From NCBI RefSeq assembly GCF_006345805.1, contig NW_021835742.1:1-47873 (forward strand): a stretch of 47,873 bases of DNA, read 5' to 3'. Position 1 is the first letter of the stretch; each line of letters starts with the position of its first letter. Under the pieces are notes generated by a model. It was not told where the DNA came from. It searched no databases and worked only from the letters and a program-made list of their open reading frames with translations. Of the stretch, positions 39,174 through 46,105 are shown in pieces. The position numbers were made by a program, and so were the translations under genes. This DNA is from Octopus sinensis. Its lineage: Eukaryota.

Positions 39174-41308
39174 CTCCTTGATCACATTTCTCCTTTTTCT
39201 TTCTCTTCTCCTCATTTTCCATAAACTTACTCCAGTAGTTTCTCTTTGATCACATTTCTCTTTTTTCTTTCTCTTCTCCTCATTTTCCATAAACTTACTC
39301 CAGTAGTTTCTCTTTGATCACATTTCTCTTTTTTCTTTCTCTTCTCTTTATTTTTCATAAACTTACTCCAGTACTTTCTCCTTGATCATATTTCTCTTTT
39401 CTCATTCTCTTCTCCTCATTTTTCATAAACTTACTCCAGTACTTTCTCCTTGATCACATTTATCTTTTTATTTTCTCTTCTCCTCATTTTTCATAAACAT
39501 ACTCCAGTACTTTCTCCTTTATAGCATTTCACTTTTTTCTTTCCCTTCTCTATATTTTTCATAAACTTACTCCAGTACTTTCTCCTTGATCACATTTCTC
39601 TTTTTTCTTTCTCTTCTCCTAATTTTCCATAAACTTACTCCAGTAGATTCTCCTTGAACACATTTTTCTTTTTTCTTTCTCTTCTCCTCATTTTTCATAA
39701 ACTTACTCCAGTACTTTCTCCTTGATCACATTTCTACTTTTTCTTTCTCTTATCCTCATTTTTCATAAACTTACTCCATTAGTTTCTCCTTGATCACATT
39801 TCTCTTTTTTCTTTCTCTTATCCTCATTTTTCATAAACTTTTTCCAGTACTTTCTCCTTGATCACATTTCTCTTTTTCTCTTTCTCTTCTCCTCATGTTT
39901 CATAAACTTACTCCAGTACTTTCTCCTTGATCACGTGTCTCTTTTTTCTTTCTCCTCTTCTCATTTTTCATAAACTGACTCCAGTAATTTCTCCTTGATC
40001 ACATTTCTCTTTTTTCTTTCTCTTCTCCTCATTTTTCATAAACTTTCTCCAGTACTTTCTCCTTGATCATATTACTCTTTTTTCTTTCTCTTCTCTTCAT
40101 TTTTCATAAATTTACTCCAGTACTTTCTCCTTGATCACATTTCTCTTTTTTTCTTTCTCTTCTCCTCATTTTTCATAAACTTACTCCAGTACATTCTCCT
40201 TGATCACATTTCTCTTTTTCTCTTTCTCTTCTCCTCATGTTTCATAAACTTACTCCAGTAAATTCTCCTTCATCACATTTCACTTTTTTCTTTCTCTTCT
40301 CTTCATTTTTCATAAACTTACTCCAGTACTTTCTCCTTGATCACATTTCTCTTTTTTCTTTCTCCTCTTCTCATTTATCATAAACTTACTCCAGTAGTTT
40401 CTCCTTGATCACATTTCTCTTTTTTTTTCTCTTCTCCTCATTTTTCATAAACTTACTCCAGTACTTTCTCCTTGATCATATTTCTCTTTGTTCTTTCTCT
40501 TCTCTTCATTTTTCATAAACTTAGTCCAGTACTTTCTCCTGAATCACATTTCTCTCTTTTCTTTCTCTTCTCCTCATTTTTCATTAACTTACTCCAGTAC
40601 TTTCTGCTTGATCACATTTCTCTTTTTTCTTTCTCTTCTCCTCATTTTTCATAAACTTACTCCAGTACTTTCTCCTTGATCACATTTCTCTTTTTTCTTT
40701 CTCTTCTCCTCATTTTCCATAAACTTACTCCAGTAGATACTCCTTGATCACATTTCCCTTTTTTATTTCTCTTCTCGTCATATTTCATAAACTTACTCCA
40801 GTATTTTCTCCTTGATAACATTTCTCCTTTTTCTTTCTCTTCTCCTCATTTTCCATAAACTTACTCCAGTAGATTCTCCTTGATCACATTTCTCTTTTTT
40901 CTTTCTCTCCTCTTCATTTTTCATAAACTTACTCCAGTACTTTCTCCTTGATCACATTTCTCATTTTTCTTTCTCTTCTCCTCATTTTCCGTAAACTTAC
41001 TCCTGTACTTTCTCCGGGATCACATTTCTCTTTTTTCTTTCTCTTCTCCTCATTTTTCATAAACTTACTCCAGTACTTTCTCCTTGATCACATTTCTCTT
41101 TTTTCTTTATCTTCTCCTCATTTTTCATAAACTTACTCCAGTACTTTCTCCTTTATCACATTTCTCTTTTTTCTTTCTCTACTCTTCTTTTTACATAAAC
41201 TTAATCCAGTACTTTCTCCTTGATCACATTTCTCTTTTTTCTTTCCCTTCTCCTCATTTTCCATAAACTTACTCCAGTAGATTCACCTTGATCACATTTC
41301 TCTTTTTT
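39174..41308 (-). repeat. Inverted block of the same 68-bp satellite (about 31.5 monomers)
   Basis: Sequence switches to the reverse complement (TTTCTCCTTGATCACATTTCTC...) at 39171-39174 and back (CTGGAGTAAGTTT) at 41309. 32 TGATCA-equivalent positions were counted by eye. Confidence 0.99.
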
Positions 41309-44300
41309 CTGGAGTAAGTTTATGAAAAATGAAGAGAGGAGAAAGATAAAAAGAGAAATGTGATCAAGGAGAAAGTACTGGAGTAAGTTTATGAAACATG
41401 AGGAGAAGAGAAAGAAAAAAAGAGAAATGTGATCATGGAGAATGTACTGGAGTAAGTTTATGATAAATGAAGAGAAGAGAAAGAAAATAGGGAAATATGT
41501 TCAAGGAGAAAGTACTGGAGTAAGTTTATGAAAAGTGAGAAGAGAACGAAAAAGAAATGTAATCAAGGAGAAAGTACTGGAGTAAGTTTATGAAAAATGA
41601 AAGAAGAGAAAGAAAAAATGAAATGTGATCAAGGAGAAATACTGGAGTAGTTTATGAAAATGAGGAGAAGAGAAAGAAAAATGAGAAATGTGATCAAGGA
41701 GAATGTACTGGAGTAAGTTTATGAAATATGAGGAGAAAAGAAAGAAAAAAGAGAAATGTGATCAAGGAGAAAGTACTGGTGTAAGTTTATGGAAAATGAA
41801 GAGAAGAGAAAGAAAAAAGAAAAATGTGATCAAGGAGAAAGTACTGGAGTAACTTTATGAAAAATGAGGAGAAGAGAAAGAAAAAAGAGAATGTGATAAA
41901 GGAAAAACTACTGGAGTAAGTTTATGAAAAATGAGGAGAAGAGAAAGAAAAAAGAGAAATGTGATCAAGGAGAAAGTACTGGAGAAAGTTTATGAAAATG
42001 AGGAGAAGAGAAAGAGAAAAGAGAAATGTGATCAAGGAGAAAGTAGAGGAGTAAGTTTATGAAAAATGAGGAGAAGAGAAGAAAAAAGAGAATGTGATCA
42101 GGAGAAACTACTGGAGTAAGTTAATGGAAAATGAGGAGAAGAGAAAGAAAAAGAGAAATGTGATCAAGGAGAAGGTACTGGAGTAAGTTTATGAAAAATG
42201 AAGAGAAGAGAAGAAAAAAGAGAAATTGTGATCAGGAGAAACTAATGGAGTAAGTTTATGAAAAATGAGGATAATAGAAAGAAAAGGAAAAGTGATCAAG
42301 GAGAAAGTACTGGAGTAAGTTATGAAAAATGAGATAAGAGAAAGAAAAAAGAGAAATGTGTTCAAGGAGAATCTACTGGAGTAAGTTTATGGAAAATTAG
42401 GAGAAGATAAAAAAAGAGAAATGTGATCAAGGAGAAACTACTGGAGTAAGTTTATGGAAAATGAGGAGAAGAGAAAGAAAAAAGAGAAATGTGATCAAGG
42501 TGAAGGTACTGGAGTAAGTTTATGAAAAATGAAGAGAAGAGAAAGAAAAAAGAGAAATGTGATAAAGGAGAAAGTACTGGAGTAAGTTTATGAAAAATGA
42601 GGAGAAGAGAATGAAAAAGAGAAATGTGATCAAGGAGAATGTACTGGAGTAAGTTTATGAAAACTGAAGAGATGAGAAAGAAAAAGGGAATATGATCATG
42701 GAGAAAAGTACTGAGTAGTTTAATAAAATGAGTAGAAGATAAAGAAAAAAGAGATATGTGATCAAAGAAACTACTCGAGTAAGTTTATGGAAAATGAGGA
42801 GAAGAGAACGAAAAGGAGAAATGTGATCAAGGAGAAAGTACTGGAGTAAGTTTAATGAAAAATGAGAAAGAACGAAAAAGAGAAATGTGATCAAGGAGAA
42901 AGTACTGGAGTAAGTTTTGAAAAATGAAGAGAAGAGAAAGAAAAAAAGAAAATGTGATCAAGGAGAAGTACTGGAGTAATTTTTATGAAGAATGAGGAGA
43001 AAGAAAGAAAAAAGAGAAACGTGATCAAGGAGAAAGTACTGGAGTAATTATATTAAAATGAAGAGAAGAGAAACAAAAAAGAGAAATATGATCAAGGAGA
43101 AAGTACTGGAGTAGTTTATGTGAAAAAAAATGAGGAGAAGAAAAGAAAAAGAGAAATGTAATCAAGGAGAAAGTACTGGAGTATTTTATGAAAAATGAAG
43201 AGAAGAGAAAGAAAAGTAAACTGTGACAAGGAGAAGTACAGAGTAAGTTATGAAAAATCAGGAGAAGGAAAGAAAAAGAGAAATGTGATAAAGGAGAAAG
43301 TTCTGGATTAAGTTTATGAAAAATAAAGAGAAGAGAAGGAAAAAAGAAAAATGTGATCAAGGAGAAAGTACTGGAGTAAGTTTATGAAAAATGAGGAGAA
43401 GAGAAAGAAAAAAGAGAAATGTGATCAAGGAGAATGTACTGGAGTAAGTTTATGAAATATGAGGAGAATAGAAAGAAAAAAGAGAAATGTGATCAAGGAG
43501 AAAGTACTGGTGTAAATTTATGGAAAGTAAAGAGAAGAGAAAGAAAAAAGAGAAATGTGATCAAAGAGAAACTACTGGAGTAAGTTTATCAAAAATGAAG
43601 AGAAGAGAAAGAAAAAAGAGAAATGTGATAAAGGAGAAAGTACTGGAGTAAGTTTATGAAAAATGAGGAGAAGAGAAAGAAAAAAGAGAAATGTGATAAA
43701 GGAAAAAGTACTGGAGTAAGTTTATGAAAAATGAGGAGAAGACAAAGAAAAAAGAGAAATGTGATCAAGGAGAAAGTACTGGAGTAAGTTTATGAAAAAT
43801 GAAGAGAAGAGAAAGCAAAAAGAGAAATGTGTTCAAGGAGAAACTACTGGAGTAAGTTTATGAAAAATGAGGATAAGAGAAAGAAAAAGGAGAAATGTGA
43901 TCAAGGAGAAAGTGCTGGATTAAGTTTATGAAAAATGAAGAGAAGAGAAAGAAAAAAGAGAAATGTGATCAAGGAGAAAGTACTTGAGTAAGTTTATGAA
44001 AAATGAGGAGAAGAGAAAAAAAAAGAGAAATGTGATCAAGGAGAATGTACTGGAGTAAGTTTATGGAAACTGAGGAGAAGGTAAAGTAAAAGAGAAATGT
44101 GATCAAGGAGAAATCTGGAGTAGTTTATGATAAATGAAGAAAGAGAAAGAAATAAGAGAATATGATCAAGAGAAGTACTGGAGTAAGTTTATGAAAAATG
44201 AGTAAGAAAAAAGAGAAATGTGATCAAGGAGAAAGTACTGGAGTAGTTTATGAAAATGAAGAGAATAGAAGAAAAAAAGAAATGTGATCAAGAGAAAGTA

Positions 44301-44432
44301 CTGGAGTAAGTTTATGAAAAATGAAGAGAAGAGAAAGAAAAGTGAAATGTGATAAAAGAGAAAGTACTGGAGTAAGTTTATCAAAAATGAGGAAAGAGAA
44401 AGAAAAAAGAGAATGTGATCAGGAGAAAGTAC
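41309..44432 (+). repeat. 68-bp satellite, forward orientation (about 46 monomers)
   Basis: Forward monomers resume at 41309 and end abruptly at ...GGAGAAAGTAC (44432). Confidence 0.98.
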
Positions 44433-44612
44433 AACAGCATCACAAAAACAACAACAAACCACAAGAAAATGGAGGGGGAGAAGAAGAAGAAAAAGAAGAA
44501 GAAGAAGTAAAGGAAAGAAGGCGACAGAAGAAAAAGAAGAAGAAGAAGGAAAGAAAAGAAGAGGAAAGGAGAAAAAGCAGAAAAAGAGAAGAAGAAGAGA
44601 AGAAGAAGAAAA
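44433..44612 (+). repeat. Degenerate (CAA)n followed by (GAA)n-rich low-complexity tract
   Basis: AAAAACAACAACAAACC followed by GAAGAAGAAGAAAAAGAAGAAGAAGAAG-type sequence. Confidence 0.85.
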
Positions 44613-44960
44613 GTCAAGAGGAAATTATTTCGTGGAAGTGTGGATAAATAACCACACGGCACCACAGAATAAAGAGAACAATGTGAAACAAAAAACAGTA
44701 GAAAAAACATAAGTATTATATTAACACTGAAGTCACACTCATACATATATGAACATACACGTTTTCAGGAATAGAATTTTGATGCAGACGATTATCAACT
44801 GCCAGTCATTGTCATGTTCAGACACAATCAAATAAATATAACACGAATATGGAAAGTGATTATGACTTCCAGTAATAGGGAGTGAGAATAAATAGAAATC
44901 AGGGAATATTTAATTAAAGACACATTATATTCCTCATGTATAAATGACAACATTGAAAGG

Positions 44961-44966
44961 ACTTAC
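44961..44966 (-). promoter_or_regulatory. 5' splice donor GTAAGT of the downstream LRR exon
   Basis: Plus-strand ACTTAC at 44961-44966 reads GTAAGT on minus, immediately after the 72-nt exon (...ACTCT|GTAAGT). Confidence 0.9.
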
Positions 44967-45038
44967 AGAGTCTGTAAACTGTGAAGGTCTTCAAACGTTC
45001 CTTCTTCAATCCTCGAAATTTTATTGTTCCAGAGATAT
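44967..45038 (-). CDS. Internal 72-nt coding exon encoding one typical 24-aa leucine-rich repeat: (L)YLWNNKISRIEEGTFEDLHSLQT(L)
   Basis: Minus strand reads ttcctgcttcag|ATATCTCTGGAAC...CAGACTCT|gtaagt. Exactly 72 nt, phase 2-2, no stop. Translation fits LxLxxNxIxxIxxxxFxxLxxLxxL. Confidence 0.93.
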
Positions 45039-45066
45039 CTGAAGCAGGAAACAATATTTCTTAGTT
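45039..45066 (-). promoter_or_regulatory. 3' splice acceptor with pyrimidine tract and branch-point-like ACTAAG
   Basis: Minus strand reads ...AAACTAAGAAATATTGTTTCCTGCTTCAG|, with the CTAA motif about 23 nt upstream of the AG. Confidence 0.8.
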
Positions 45067-45150
45067 TGACATAGTATGGAATTGGCATAAAATATTTAAA
45101 TATTGTTCTTGAGGTATAGGAAGAAAATCATAGGTAAATAAAATGACAAT

Positions 45151-45424
45151 AGAAGAAGAAGAAGAAGAAGAAGAAGAAGAAGAAGGAGAAGAAGGAGGAG
45201 GCGGAGAAGAAGAAGAAGAAGAAGAAGAAGAAGAAGGAGAAGGAGTAGAAGAAGAAGAAGAAAAAGAAGAAAAAAAGAAGAGAAGAAGAAAAGAAGAAGA
45301 AGAAGAAGAAGAAGAAGAAGAAGAACAACAACAACAACTACAACAACAACAAAACAACAACAGCACAACAAGATCAAGTAGAACAAGATGAAGAAGAAGA
45401 AGAAGAACAAGAAGAAGAAGAAGA
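45151..45424 (+). repeat. Compound microsatellite (GAA)n/(GGA)n/(CAA)n/(GAA)n inside the short intron
   Basis: Long GAA runs at 45151-45325, CAA run at 45326-45371, GAA again at 45390-45424. Confidence 0.95.
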
Positions 45425-45514
45425 TAGTGCACTCTGAAAGTTTATTCGTTTCTGAGAGAAAATATATCAGCATCAATGTATACATTCAGATAATAGTATT
45501 AAGAAACTGAACGA

Positions 45515-45520
45515 ACTTAC
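45515..45520 (-). promoter_or_regulatory. 5' splice donor GTAAGT of the upstream LRR exon
   Basis: Plus-strand ACTTAC at 45515-45520 (...TCATT|GTAAGT on minus). Confidence 0.9.
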
Positions 45521-45592
45521 AATGACTTTAAATTCGAAAGCCCCGTGAAGGTCCCTTCTTTGATGGTTGCAATGTTGTTGTGGGCAAAATTT
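45521..45592 (-). CDS. Internal 72-nt coding exon encoding one typical 24-aa leucine-rich repeat: (x)NFAHNNIATIKEGTFTGLSNLKS(L)
   Basis: Minus strand reads ctttctttactgctatag|AAATTTTGCCCAC...AAAGTCATT|gtaagt. Exactly 72 nt, phase 2-2, no stop. Same LRR register as the neighbouring exon, including the shared EGTF motif. Confidence 0.93.
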
Positions 45593-45622
45593 CTATAGCA
45601 GTAAAGAAAGAGTAAAATAGAT
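45593..45622 (-). promoter_or_regulatory. 3' splice acceptor (TAG) with polypyrimidine tract
   Basis: Minus strand reads ...ATCTATTTTACTCTTTCTTTACTGCTATAG|. Confidence 0.85.
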
Positions 45623-45698
45623 TATATGGAAAATATTAGTGATACAACATCAAACGCCGTGGCTTTAGAATGAAAGGATGAAAAAGAAAAGAGATAAC

Positions 45699-45713
45699 GA
45701 AGAAGAAGAAGAA

Positions 45714-45757
<44 letters not shown>

Positions 45758-45830
45758 GGAAGAAGGAGAAGAAGAGGAAAAAGGAGAAGAAGAAGAAGAA
45801 GAAGAAGAAGAAGAAGAAGAAGGAGGAGGA
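45699..45830 (+). repeat. (GAA)n microsatellite with GAG/GGA interruptions
   Basis: Direct reading of the GAAGAAGAA... runs. Confidence 0.95.
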
Positions 45831-46105
45831 ATAAGGAGGTGGAGGAGGGGAGTAGAAGCCGAGAAGGAGGAAAAGAAATATAAAGGGGAAGTGGAAGATA
45901 AAAAGTAATCAGAGGATGCAGAAAATAAGGGAGTAAGTTGATGAAAAAGAAGCAGAAGAAGAAGAATGAGGAATAAAGGGGAGGTGAGGAGAGGAGGCGC
46001 TAGGAGACGGTAGGGAAGGAGGGAGTGATGTAGGAGCGGGTAGGGGATGAGAGAGGTGGTGCATGAGCAGGAACAGGAGGACAAGGAGAATAGGAGGAAG
46101 ATGTT
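45831..46105 (+). repeat. Purine-rich low-complexity transition zone with a decayed satellite-like fragment
   Basis: GGAG/GAGG-rich sequence. GGAGTAAGTTGATGAAAAA at 45930-45948 matches the satellite core. Confidence 0.6.

Larger units (their letters stand above)
45039..45520 (-). other. 482-bp GT-AG intron between the two LRR exons
   Basis: Begins GTAAGT (45520-45515) and ends CAG (45041-45039). Splicing joins TT|A = Leu and keeps the LRR register. Confidence 0.88.

Noticed and set aside
37030-41308. Inversion as a fold-back (missed adapter) read artefact
   Set aside because: The inverted monomers do not mirror the variants just left of 39173 (AAACATGAGG, AAACAAGGGAAACG, GTAATGG are not reproduced in order). 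Other kinds of misjoin remain possible.
39161-41321. LINE-mediated retroposition of a satellite transcript (13-bp duplication as TSD)
   Set aside because: No poly(A) tail at either end and no element sequence. The duplication is also explicable by array periodicity.
1-44432. CRISPR-like appearance (conserved core plus variable part)
   Set aside because: No unique spacers. The entire 68 bp is repeated, there are no cas genes, and the context is spliceosomal.
1-44432. Recursive-splicing (ratchet) sites in each monomer
   Set aside because: Recursive sites need AG|GT. The monomer has CAG|TAC, which regenerates no donor.
821-44462. Dozens of recurring ~60-aa hydrophobic ORFs (MITFLFFLSLLLIFHKLTPVLSP...) on the pyrimidine strand
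   Set aside because: A 68-bp period cycles through all three frames every 204 bp with one TAA (CATAAAC). The same 60-aa string therefore reappears automatically, mostly from TTG starts. Longer versions coincide with indel-rich blocks.
44381-44726. Possible terminal exon after CAG at 44729-44727, in frame with the LRR exon (VNIILMFFLLFF...)
   Set aside because: Weak pyrimidine tract, and the peptide runs straight into low-complexity and satellite sequence. It cannot be supported without RNA data.
44759-44798. Minus-strand CAG|...|GTATGT segment that can read DNRLHQNSIPENV (LRR-like)
   Set aside because: It is 40 nt, not a multiple of 3. In the phase-2 frame required by the preceding exon it opens with TGA. 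The acceptor tract is poor.
44967-45592. Assigning a gene name (Slit, LGR/RXFP, Toll, chaoptin) or a plant LRR-RLK identity
   Set aside because: Two generic repeats are not diagnostic of a family. The plant-type LxGxIP motif is absent. A database search is needed.
44321-45908. E/K/R/Q-rich plus-strand ORFs (44321-44647, 45143-45391, 45678-45908) and their L/F/S-rich antisense partners
   Set aside because: Translations of GAA/CAA microsatellites with no domain content. They lie in the introns of the LRR exons.
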